Assembly: GCF_006345805.1 (NCBI RefSeq)
Contig: NC_043006.1
Span: 35,092,001-35,156,000, forward strand
DNA length: 64,000 nucleotides
Reading direction: 5' to 3'
Source: Octopus sinensis
Taxonomy: Eukaryota
The translations under genes and the position numbers were made by a program. The notes beneath the pieces were generated by a model. The model ran no database searches and was not told the DNA's origin. It saw nothing but the letters and a program-made list of their open reading frames with translations. Shown here in pieces: positions 51,996 through 64,000 of this stretch; the first letter of the stretch is position 1; every line of letters starts with the position of its first letter.

Positions 51996-52857
51996 ACTAT
52001 CAATATCTATAAAGCTGAAATGTGAAAACGTTGTTTGATTTCTTGGTTATTTGTCTCATTTGGGGGTAAAATAGGATGAGCAATGGTGTGAGTAGGGTTG
52101 CAAGTCGCTCGGGCCTCCCGTTTGGTTGCCATGGTGAGGAATATGGGAAAAACTGAGTTTTATGGTATAGACAGGTAGCGCTGTTTGAATAATGGTAGCT
52201 TTTCGTGTTGCTACAGGGACTAGAGGTGGCTATCTTTAATTGTGGGGGTAAACATTTTGGGGAGATTTTGGAAATGGGTGTAAAGAAGAGGGCAATAAAA
52301 AGAACCACGCAAAGAAGACGAACAAAAGAAGAAAAGGAAAAGGAGACAACACGCACAAAACAACACCACCACCAACACTCGAGCAAAGCACAGGTCAAAA
52401 TAGCTAGTCTTCATATATTAGTAACTAGTCCAATAATGCAGTGCGAACTATGAATAAATGTATATGTGTACGTGGTGTTTTGATATGATTAGCTTTAATA
52501 AATATGTGTTTCTGGAACGCGTTCGGCTTTGATCTACTTATTAAATATGTAAATACGACTATATGTCGCATAACACATTTACATAATTGTGCTACGATCG
52601 CAGCTGGATATTATATCGTGCAGGTTATGAATAAATATGTAAAAAGGACGCATATTGCTCTATTTAATAAGATTCTGTTGCATCTGAGAAGTTAGGTCCC
52701 ATGGTTAGGACACAGATACACACCACACTCGCAAAAAGACATAAGCGCATGCTCTTTGTCTGTCTGTCTCTCTCAAACACACTCACACACAAAAAATAGG
52801 AACACACGTACATATACTCTCACACACATACATGCACATACGCACAAACACGCACAA

Positions 52858-52895
<38 letters not shown>

Positions 52896-52914
52896 CTGTG
52901 TATATAGGTGCCAA

Positions 52915-53270
52915 CCTGGCTGCGTAGTAAGAAGCTTGCTTCGCAACTACATGGTTCCATGTTCGACCCCACTGCGTGGCACCCAGAGCAGCTGTCTTCC
53001 ACTAAAGCCGCGCGTCGACTAAAAACCTTCCGAGGGAATTTAGTAGTTGGAAACTGAAAGTAGCCCGCCATATACATATACATATACATATATATACATT
53101 TATATATATGTGTGTGCATGTGTGTGTTTGTGTGTATGTGTGTGTGTGTGTGCGTGTCTGTGTGTCTGTGTGTCCGACTACTTGACAACTGATGTTGGTG
53201 TGTTTACGTTCCCGTAACTTAGCTGTTTTTGCAAAATAGCACTCATTGTTGTCTCTGGATTGATTTTTAT
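52915..53270 (+). mobile_element. SINE family E with internal (TA)/(TG) microsatellite, diverged
   Basis: Homologous to 14130-14536. Confidence 0.8.
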
Positions 53271-53692
53271 ACAGGTATCCACGCAGAGAACGAGCGGAAT
53301 GTGGTAACTGCATGTCCAGTCCTTCGTCGGTGATAGGTCTGTGCATTGCTCAGCGGATAGTTGTGGTTATGCTTTCACTGAAATGTGGTAATTTCATGAA
53401 GCAGGTCTTTGTGGTGGTCTTATGTCTGCGGCACATTCGATTCTTAAGTCGATTCATTGTGTATGTATGGTTTCAGTTCATTGGCAAAATAGGAATACCA
53501 GGCTTAATAAAAATTATGTACTAGGGTCGAGTCTTCGAGGCTTTCGTCGAAAATTCTTCGATATATACCCCTGCTTGATCGGAATCTAATGACTGAAACA
53601 ATTAAAAGTGCTAAAAGGAATGGTTAAACCATTATAATTTCAACATCTTCTTTGTTCTTTCAAACTCATTCATTATTCATTTATTCGTTTTT

Positions 53693-53857
53693 ATTTTACT
53701 TGTTTCAGCCATTTGACTGCGGTCATACTGAGGCACCGCCTTTAGTCCAGCAAATCGACCAGTACATATTATATCGGTCTCTTTTGCCGAAGCGCTAGCT
53801 TACGTGGACATAAACACACCAGCATCGGTTGTCAAGCGATGTTGGGGAACAAATGCA

Positions 53858-53908
<51 letters not shown>

Positions 53909-53939
53909 ACAAACACACACACACACACACACATACACA

Positions 53940-54010
<71 letters not shown>

Positions 54011-54172
54011 GGCGAGCTTCTTTCAGTTTCCATCTACCAAATCCACTCACAAGGTATTGGTCGGCCCGAGGCTATAGTAGAAGACACTTGCCAAAGGTGC
54101 CACGCAGTGGGACTGAACTCGGACCATGTGGTTGATAAACAATCTACTTACCACACAGCCGCTCCTGTGCCT
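53693..54172 (-). mobile_element. SINE family E with about 150-bp internal (CA)n(TA)n
   Basis: Head at 54010-54172, tail at 53693-53855. Confidence 0.9.
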
Positions 54173-54864
54173 ATATTAGTTAACATAAAAAACATCTTTA
54201 TTCTGCAGAAGGATATGAAGATACAAAAGAAATAGCGACAATATAAATTTCTGGGGGAATATTAAGACATGTTTTCGTCGATTGCCTTACGGATTTATTT
54301 ACACTTATTGTTTGTGTTAGTGTTTAGCGATTATTCCTGCCTGGGGAGATCTATTATGATTTTCCGGTAACTATTTTTAAAAATCTATTTTGTTCCAAAG
54401 AAGGCTTGAAACCACGACCGTAGGAAGCTACTAAGAAGTAAAGAAAAGTGATGTACGAATTCAAAAGCTGTCAATATGAGCAGAAAGTTTATCATAGAAA
54501 AAAATCACATGTGAATGTGGGATTCAGAGAACAACAATTGGAGGAAAAAAGCTTTTAGAAAAAAAGAGCTATAATTAAAATAAAGTTAAACAGATAAACG
54601 ATGTGCCTTGAAAGAGAAGCGAGTGACGTTTCAAGGTTTTCACAGCGGACGTTAGACCAGAGGGTATTATGATAAAAAATATTCTTTTCTTCATAATAGA
54701 TCTTGCTCAGCTCGTGGATAAGATTAGCTAGGAATGTGCTCATTTAGTTTGTAAGTACCACAGAAAAAGATTTGATTGCTATTTATTGAAAATATCCTTG
54801 AAACGCCTTCCTCCATAACCTCGTATATTTAATGAAACATATACCAGTCTCTACGGGCGCAAAT

Positions 54865-56045
54865 AGTTGGCGCTTTCGGCAGTTACTCGAAAGGTTGGTA
54901 GATCAAGCTCACTAAGGAACGATATTCTACGGTTAGTCTACAAATACGTAACTTAGTGGCCCGACAATTGGTAGCAATAGAATATGTACCAGTCTTTAAA
55001 AATAATTACTGGGTTCGATTTTTTTTTTACTAAACCCTGCAAGACTGCGCGCCAGCATGGTCGCAGTTCATTGGCTGGATAAGTAAAAGTATGACTTATC
55101 AAAGATAAACGATACTACCCGAAAAACTTTCAATTACCTCTAAATAATTTCTTCACGAATAAGTGCTGAATAACCAAAAACTTTTACAGCAAAGAATGGT
55201 TACTTTTTGAACTTCATACTCAATTCTTTACATCAAGCATCTTCAGACCTGAAAACGTTTCATATATTGCTCTCACACCGAACGCGAATTAATTCATTTA
55301 TTAGTGTTACATGTCACACAGACTTTCAGCTGGCAGAATCGAGAGCTCACTTGACACAATGCATTTATTCTGCCTTACCGTTACCAACTCTTGCGCTGGA
55401 GTCACCTTTGCATTTCATTCCTTCGGGGTTCGATAACATAAGCAACACTCTGTGCCAGTCTAATCGACTTGTTCCTACCCATCGGCGTTCCAGGCATTTT
55501 GCCACAATTAGAAAGATGTATCAAATCCAATAATTTAATGGGAAGTTAAGGTGCTAAGCCGGCAGAATCGTTAGCACGATAGGGAAAATGCTTAGCGGGT
55601 TTCCGTCGGTCTTTATCCTCTGTGTTCAAATACTGCCGAAGTCGACTTTACATTCATCTTTTCGGGATCGATGAAATAACTGGGGTCAATGTAATCAACT
55701 TACCTTTACCCCAGAAATTGCTGACATTGTGCCAAAATTTAAAACCAATAATTTAATAGACGGCCGGCAGAATCGAGAGAGTGACGGACCTAATCTTGTC
55801 CATTTAAGTTATGAGTTCAAATCAAGCCAAGATAATTTTACCTTTCCTTTTTCCAGGAAGCATGAAATTATTAGCGTTCAAGAACTATGATCTGTTACAA
55901 TATATTATGAAGGTCGATCAATGGCGAAATTACATTACCGCTCAAGCAAATAATTTGCATTAGAAGTTACACTTCATTACACTCTGAATTGAAATTCCGC
56001 CGAGGTCGAGCTTGTCTTTCATCGTTGCAGGGTCGATAAAAAAAG
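54865..56045 (+). mobile_element. Cluster of old same-orientation SINE fragments (family B and related)
   Basis: Repeated gctggcagaatcg...gcaaaatgc...tgaattcaaattccgccgaggtcga...ggggtcgat motifs at about 55325, 55555, 55765 and 55985. A family E-like tail lies at about 54960-55085. Confidence 0.7.
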
Positions 56046-56635
56046 TTGTAGCAACGCTGAAACTAAATAAATAACTTAATCGACAGGCTGATAGTTTGTT
56101 TAAATAAATGATAGATTAAATCTATGTATGTAAATGAATAAAAAAACAACAACTTAGAAATACATTAAAAAATATGAATATTTAATTGTGAAAGAGACTA
56201 ATTTTTTGCAACATATATCTCACAATATATACGTGCAACAAACGCAATGCAGCTCACGCACGAATGTACACAACACTACACATGATTATATTTGCATGTT
56301 TATATACAAATATATTATACATGCATATATGTAAGGTGGGGGAAATGAGTGAGTGGGGACGTGTGTGTGTATTAATTGAGTTAAATTCACATCTAAGAAA
56401 ATTAAATTAATTGAATTTCATGCACCGAACACAGGTCACGTGGGAAAGTCTTTTTAAATCTTTTATCTTATCCATAAGAGAGTGTTAGCGCCTATGTAAG
56501 TAGATATATGTGTGTGCGTTTGTATGTATGTGTATTTGTTTGCGTAGGTGTGTGTGCACGCGTGTGTAGATATGTATATATGCATATATGCATATGTACA
56601 AACATATATATGCTTCTATACATATATATATATAT

Positions 56636-56669
<34 letters not shown>

Positions 56670-56812
56670 TCATATACAGATGTATAAATACATGCACATA
56701 TATATAAATATGTACATATATATATTATACATACACACACGCTCTCTCACACACACACACATACACATTCATACACACACGCACACATGTATCTCTCTCT
56801 CTCTCTCTCTCT

Positions 56813-56857
<45 letters not shown>

Positions 56858-57245
56858 TATGCATACGCGTAAGCAGGATAAGTCAGAATTTCTTTGAAAT
56901 ACTTTTCCCATTTAATTAATATTAATGTCTGTATAAGTTTATTTCGTATTTCATTCATGGAAGTTGGGGAGGCCATAACTTATAGCCCGTCTGAAGTTTT
57001 GGGTCTGATTTATTGGACTGTCTCTCATTCAAATTTCTTTGGCTTTGAGCCGAATTAAGAAATATAAATTCTATATTGCATATATGTCTGTCTGTATATG
57101 GGTATGTCTGAATATTCATACATACCGACAAAGCTATGTATATTTTTGCATATATATAAACATGCTTACATACATACATAACACATACATTTATGTTTAT
57201 GTATATACATATAATTTAATATATATATACACATATATATACTTT

Positions 57246-57283
<38 letters not shown>

Positions 57284-57483
57284 CACACACATATATATGT
57301 ATATAGTCAAAATAGGGTTAGTATGCTGGAACTTCGAAGTCACAGTCTCCCCGCTTCTTGTCAAAAGTTTAATAAAAATGTACTCTACTAAGTGCATTGA
57401 GTAATCTTTCAGTGTAATGTTGTATTTTTGAAAATATACAAAACATTAGTCTATATATATATATATATATCGTCAACTCTCCC

Positions 57484-57536
<53 letters not shown>

Positions 57537-57995
57537 GTGTTTGTGTGTGTGTGTGATTGCTATAATGCAAAAGTGTCGTAAGTCCAAAACGTTACTTTTT
57601 CTGAAAAGGAATAACTAGTTTCACTATCCATAGTAAAACTGTTGTACTACACTTTGACAACTTTTGATACTATGCTATCTGAAGGAGCTGGAGATACGAT
57701 AGTCTGACCAAAAGAAATGGCTATTACAAGCAAAAATATATATTGAAAAATCGCATTAGGGCAGTTTCATATAATAGTAACGATACACATACACACACAC
57801 ACACGCACATATATATATATATAGAGAGAGAGAAGAATGGGGGCCGGTTGTAGTAATGTACAGACATTATATATTTAGAACAATAAGGTAGTCAGAATAG
57901 TGGTTGATTATATATATATATTTTTATTTACATCTTATTTACATTGTTAGTGCTTTCTTCTCCTATCGGATTTTTCAAAAGGTGGTTCAAATTTA

Positions 57996-58130
<135 letters not shown>

Positions 58131-58265
58131 GTGTGTGCGTGTGTGTGTATGTGAGTGTATGTATATATATATATATACACATGTATATATATATGTATAA
58201 ATGTATGTATGTATGTGTGTGTGTGTATGTATGTATGTATGTATGTATGTATATATATATATGTG

Positions 58266-58320
<55 letters not shown>

Positions 58321-58325
58321 GTAGC

Positions 58326-58362
<37 letters not shown>

Positions 58363-58697
58363 GCCTTTCTGTGAAGAATTGCAAATATCTGATGCAACAT
58401 TGTTCGGCAGCAACCAATTTTCTTTCGCAGCAAGTGTCTAAAGGTGAAATGATCGTCAAATTACGCCAGCGACAGCACCAGCGGAATGCACTTGTGTGTA
58501 CAGCGTCTAATGAAATTGGTTTGGAGATATTAATATGATGGTTTTACATGCAATGAAACCATTCTTGACATGGCGGTGGAAACAATAACACCACACTTGA
58601 ATTTGACCGGAAGATTTAATAGCCCCCTGTGGATCTCACCATACGATTGCGTAAGCTTCTAAAAAAGCATTGTCTCACAGTTTCTTTCTCTGCGTCA

Positions 58698-58744
<47 letters not shown>

Positions 58745-58984
58745 TAGTACCACGATTTCTCTTGCTCACACACTTTGATACATATTGTTCTCCTCTCTCT
58801 CTGGAACCCTAGGATCCATAAGCGGGTTTCCATGGCGTGCATCTCAACGAAATCTAGTTTTACTTCTCAACGAACGCCGTTCCGTTGGAAAAGATACGAG
58901 ATGAGAAATTTTGTGGGCAAGGAACAATTCGATTACATAAACGCTAATTTGGGGGTGGGGGGCGTACTTCATTTTATTGAGCTC

Positions 58985-59445
58985 CTTCTCAGAAGTGAGA
59001 ACGTAAATAGACGGAAGAAATACCTATTTCTTTATTACCCACAAGGGGCTAAACACAGAGGGGACAAACAAGGACAGACATAGGCATTAAGTCGATTATA
59101 TCGACCCCAGTGCGTAACTGGTACTTAATTTTTCGACCCCGGAAGGATGAAAGGCAAAGTCGACCTCGGCGGAATTTGACCTCAGAACGTAGCGGCAGAC
59201 GAAATACCTATTTCTATTTATTTATTACCCACAAGGGGCTAAACATAGAGGGGACAAACAAGGACAGACATAGGTATTAAGTCGATTACATCGACCCCAG
59301 TGCGTAACTGGTACTTAATTTATCGACCCCGAAAGGATGAAAGGCAAAGTCGACCTCGGCGGAATTTGAACTCAGAACGTAGCGGCAGACGAAATACCGC
59401 TATGTATTTAGCCCGGCGTGCTAACGTTTCTGTCAGCTCGCCGCC
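58985..59445 (-). mobile_element. Tandem SINE family B multimer (head unit, a second about 185-bp unit and the start of a third)
   Basis: gaaatacc recurs at 59017, 59201 and 59391; the units are near-identical. Confidence 0.93.
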
Positions 59446-61802
59446 TTAAACATTTTAGTCGACGCGCTAACAATTCTACTAGCTTGCCCGCCTTATACAC
59501 ACACACACACACAAACACACTCATAAATACACACACACACAAACACACATACACACACACACACACACACACGCATACACACACACACACACACACAGAA
59601 TATACACATTCGACTCAATCACTTTCTTTCTTCACACACACGTTTTAATCTTCTCTTTCATCCATTCCTTAATTTTCTTTCTTACTCCCTATCTCTCCCT
59701 ATCTTTCTCTATTTTACTCCCTGTCTCTCTCCCTCCCACTTTGTCAATTTCCTCTACCGTTCTCTCTTGTGTTCTCTTGATACGCTTTCCTGTCGTTATC
59801 ATTCTCAATCTCGCAGCAATCTCTCCCAATTTCTCTTCCACCAAAAATGTTTCTTTATTCCATTCACCTCTATCCTTCTTCCCCTTATTCACAAATTTCT
59901 TTGCCAGCCAAATTTCAGGGCGGTGACTGAATGATAGAAGCGAAATAATAACTGGGATGTTGTTGCTTTGAGCACGGAGATCAAAAGCTTTGGAAGTTCC
60001 TGACAATTGTGAGTTCCAGTCAGACCGATGTCGATTTTGCATTTTACCGTCCCTCGGCCAATAACATAAGTATGGTTCTGCCTCGAACTTTAATTTACAC
60101 AATATGAAGAAACGAGCTACCAATGGACTCTTACTTTGGAGATGCGTGTCTAGGCAGGTTTTTCTAACACGCCTTGTATTTACTTGTAATCTTCTGGCTC
60201 TGGGCACAAGGGCTTTTTTGTTGATCTTACCTCAATGGAATAATAAACTATAGATTCATATACGTATATAAATAGATATATGTGTATGTATATGGGTGTG
60301 TGTGTATGTGTGTACATATATGTATACATACACAAACGTAGATACACAGATACGCACTGACACATGTACATACAAATATATATATATATATACATACATA
60401 TATATACATTTATATATATGTATTATATATACATATATAATACATTTATATATCCATATATGTGTGTGTGTGCATGTATATATCACAAAAGGTGAAAATG
60501 TTTGGGGACTTTATCATGAGTACAAGAGGAAACTGTTTACAAATATATCAAAATATGCTACCGGGTTCAATCTTAAAAAACTACTTAGCCATGCATTAAG
60601 AAGAGGGAATATATAACGAATAAAAACATCTTAATCTTTCATGCTTGCAGTTTTGTGGGTTGACATAGGAAATACCGTGGCTGAAGATATTCCCTGTAAT
60701 GTACTGTGAAGTGCTTCAATTGTTCAAACTGGAACCAATTGTAGCAGCAGCCCTTCAAGAGAATTGGTGTTTCTTTTTGTTGTTATTCTTCTTGTTATTG
60801 TTGCGATGTTGTTATTTAATTCCAGGTCACTTCTGATCGACTTTATGTACCTCTGTGTCAAAACCTTTAATTCATTAAGTGGTTGGTTTTTTAAATACTC
60901 TTTATATAATATTATCCAGGACAATATTATCTTTCAAATGTTTCAGACAACATGTGCATGCGAGTGGGATTTGAGAATGCGTTGACAATTCTTTCTAGCA
61001 GGACGAGCTGCCATGAAGAAGCACATACATAGACTCCGAGAGAAATTTCATAATCGAAGAATATTCCACAAATCTACTCTGTCGAAGTTCAGTTTACCCT
61101 CGCAGTAGCTCAACGTTAACAAAGAACAAATGTCTCGTCTAACAGAAAAAAACTTATCGTTTTCCCTCTTTATTTAACATTAGAATAACAAAATATAAGT
61201 AACATCCTGCTGGATACTTACTCGCCATATGTCGAAGAAAAATATAACAGAGTAATGTTCATGAAGGAAAAAATAAAACATGATGCCATTAGAAAATCAC
61301 GGTGTGTTATGATAGCGATAATGTAATTATATCGCTGTTAATATATATCAATATCACAATGTCATGTTATGTCTAGAAGTAGTCTTTAGAACGTATATCT
61401 TCACCGCTCACCTCCTAATATCAGCACGTCACTGTACAACTACAGGCAATCTGTCAACAACAGACTGTGATTTTTAGACGGTTTGAAGTGTATATATCGC
61501 AAATATAGTTCGATACGTCTGCATATATAACAAACACCCAAACCACTCAGAACATACACGCATACACACAAATACATATATTATATGTCCTTGGTATCTA
61601 GACTAACACGGGCCATACGTTGTGCGTGTTAATTCATCGAAACAACGCATTTGTCCCTTGAGTGTGCTCCATGACTAATTAAATTAGACGGAGCTATGAA
61701 TGATGTTTACGTGTGTGAATGAAATGTAAAGAGTGAATCTCTGTTTTATGTAAGAGGATGCGTATTTGTATGTGTGTGAGTGTCTGTGCGTGTGCGTGTA
61801 CG

Positions 61803-61834
<32 letters not shown>

Positions 61835-62399
61835 TGTATGTATGTATGTATGTATGTATGGATGTATGTATGTGTGTATGCATGTATGTATATGTATATG
61901 TATGTATGTATATATGTTAGTGTTGCAATTTGCTTAAAGGTTTTCAAAGTGTAAATCATAAAATTGTTTGAAAAAACTTTGATTAATACTGGTTGAAAGT
62001 TTCACGAATTATTTGATTTGACGTCCATAAAGTTATTGCATTAGACTACATAGTTGTTTCATGATTTTATGATATTTCGGGAAAGATTTCCGTTTTCAAA
62101 TACAAGAAAGCTAATCAAAGGGTTAGAGGAAATGTGTTGTTAACGGTTGGCCATTCTTTTTTTACATAGACGGCTACCTACTCATCTATCTTAACAAATG
62201 CATACATACATGTACTCACTCGCATTTACTGTCTGAATTACCCCAAAACATTACGCACAAACTCCGTCGATCGTAATAGGTTGGACCGAATGGTTTTACT
62301 TCTCCAGGTGTCAATTTGCAAACATGCGATGTTTTGTAGTTGATGTGTTTTCCTGTTGTCCCTTTACTGACCTCTACATTCACAGTAGTACGCTGTTTT

Positions 62400-62775
62400 A
62401 CAGTTAGTACACGGGACGAAATGCTTAGCAGCATTTTGTCCGTCTTCATGTTCTGTGTTCAAATCCCACCGATGTCCACGAAGGAGTGGATAGCGTGAGA
62501 ACTAATTGAGCATGGGAGGGGGTCTATATAATGGACAAAACCCTACTCTAACATTTCAGGCTTTGTGTCTATCGTAGAAAGAAATATTCCTTCCTAATTT
62601 TGGTCCAAGGTCAGTAGTGTTGAGAGGGGGGGAAATTGATTAACCGACCCCATTAATCAACTGGTTTATTAGGATGAAAGGAAAAACGGTAAAGTGAAGC
62701 ACGGCGGAATTTGAACTCAGAACCTAAAGAGACAGAAGAATTTCTGTGATGCGCTAACGTTTCTGCCAGCTCACT
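62400..62775. mobile_element. Degenerate SINE family B fragments in opposite orientations
   Basis: + head at about 62400-62480; - copy at about 62580-62775. Confidence 0.65.
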
Positions 62776-62942
62776 ATCTCATCTAAAAATACACATATAT
62801 ATACATGTATGCCTGTGCGTGTGTGTGCGTGCGTGTGTGTGTGTGTGCGAGTGTATGTGTGTGTGTGTGTTTGTGTATGTGTGTGTGTGTGTTTGTGTAT
62901 GTGTGTGTGTGCGTATACTTGCACGCCTACACGAAACAGTTA

Positions 62943-63792
62943 TACGTGGTTGAGTCAAAATATCAGAAAGTTTCCGAACCCAATTTTAAGGTTTAGTCAG
63001 CAAAACTCCAGCAAAGAATGTTCTTCTCGTTTTCTTCATATTTGTACGTTAGTATCTATTTTCTATGAAATATTCTCCCTTCGAAGGATGAAACCAATCA
63101 CAACGCATTTTCATCACCTCAAAGCCACGATGGATGTTGATATCCAGAATTTCATACAACCGCAATTCCTTTGGGATTTCAGTTTTAGCTCTCGAAGCGA
63201 TGCACCTTCATCGTCAACGTCAGTTATGGAAACATGAGACGCACGTTAACACATAACTACATCAATCAAGAATCGAGCGTGGGAGATAAATTTCCTAGCA
63301 ATGCGATGTATGTGCAAATTTTCTATTGGAATCCTCTGTTAGATTTCGTAACTGATTCCAATCATATGAGCACTTTATTGGATTCTTTGCTGACGTTCGC
63401 CAAACAAAATGTTCACAGATTTGTTCCATATTTTATAGCGATTTACTTTTTGACGGTCGCTTTGTACGATCAAATTTTTCAATCTCCACCCGCCCTGCTA
63501 TGAAAAGGGGATATTACTAAAATCTCTGGGTTCAATTCACAGCTATTCGCCAAAGGCATAATGAAGACTACCATTGAACCTACGGAGACGATTTGACGAG
63601 CTTTATGCAAAATTCTACACCGGCTGATTGCTTGAATTTTTCGGCTGATGTAAAGGTCGCTCAGCCGCTCTACTCTGATGTTACAAAAGATCGTGTAATA
63701 AATGGAGAGAAACAGATGAGAAGAAACGTGCTGGTAGACACGCATTTCCCTTGAACATAACAGTTACGTATTGCCTACTTCGGAAAATTTTG
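62943..63792 (-). mobile_element. Internally deleted mariner (DD34D-type) relic
   Basis: The minus frames read KQSAGVEFCIKLVKS...AGRVEIE...RPS.S...NMEQI...AHMIGISYEI*QRIPIENLHIHRIARKFI...GEYF, matching the mariner EQRxxVKFCxKLGK / GRPS / GISYGSCQRILxxxLxMxRIAAKFVP / GEYFE pattern. TIR-like ends at 62943 and about 63779-63792. Confidence 0.7.
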
Positions 63793-63798
63793 TGTATA

Positions 63799-64000
63799 TA
63801 TGAGGTTGTCCCAAAAGTTCATAAACACTTGCGAAAATTTGAATTTTTATGCAATTTTTAATTGTTTGTTTGAGTTTATATTATTATAGTTACCTTCATC
63901 TTTATATTCCAGATGCCCATGAATAAAATTGAGCTGCGAGTTTTCGTTCGTTACTGCTGGAAGCGAGGTCTTTCAACCAGAAAAGCTGCAGAAGAGATTT
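63799..64000 (+). mobile_element. 5' end of a mariner element, transposase open to the window edge (ATG 63913)
   Basis: TA + tgaggttgtcccaaaagttc TIR-like start, then MPMNKIELRVFVRYCWKRGLSTRKAAEEI (mariner N-terminal helix pattern). Confidence 0.75.

Noticed and set aside
58985-59445. Regularly spaced repeats resembling a CRISPR array
   Set aside because: The units are near-identical over their full length (no unique spacers), eukaryotic SINE-derived, and there are no cas genes.
59689-60207. 172-aa minus-strand ORF
   Set aside because: The C-terminal half derives from a GA-rich low-complexity tract, and no domain is recognisable.

Overview
AT-rich eukaryotic (animal) genomic DNA, almost entirely intronic or intergenic. 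It is saturated with (TA)n, (CA)n, (TATG)n, (AAT)n and (CAT)n microsatellites and with decayed transposable elements. The tRNA-derived SINE families and the repeat landscape look like an octopus (coleoid cephalopod) genome; this is an inference from recognising the repeats, not from a database search. Nearly all ORFs in the supplied track are microsatellite artefacts (YI, CV, HT, poly-N, poly-D). Real coding relics are: two DD37D (maT/Bmmar1-type) Tc1/mariner transposase pseudogenes, three mariner fragments, two RTE-clade LINE 3' ends, three restriction-like-endonuclease (RLE) LINE fragments (Dong/R4-like, HERO-like) and a Penelope-like reverse transcriptase fragment. No intact host gene can be identified; a few minus-strand exon candidates are reported at low confidence. 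The most notable structures are two fully foldable type I hammerhead ribozymes in Penelope-like sequence (4208-4270, 20664-20754) plus a degenerate one, a series of fold-back inverted duplications (10.5, 17, 23.3, 35.6 and 48.9 kb), a template-switch-like direct plus inverted duplication around the Penelope cluster (19-22 kb), and SINE multimers joined at a recurrent junction.
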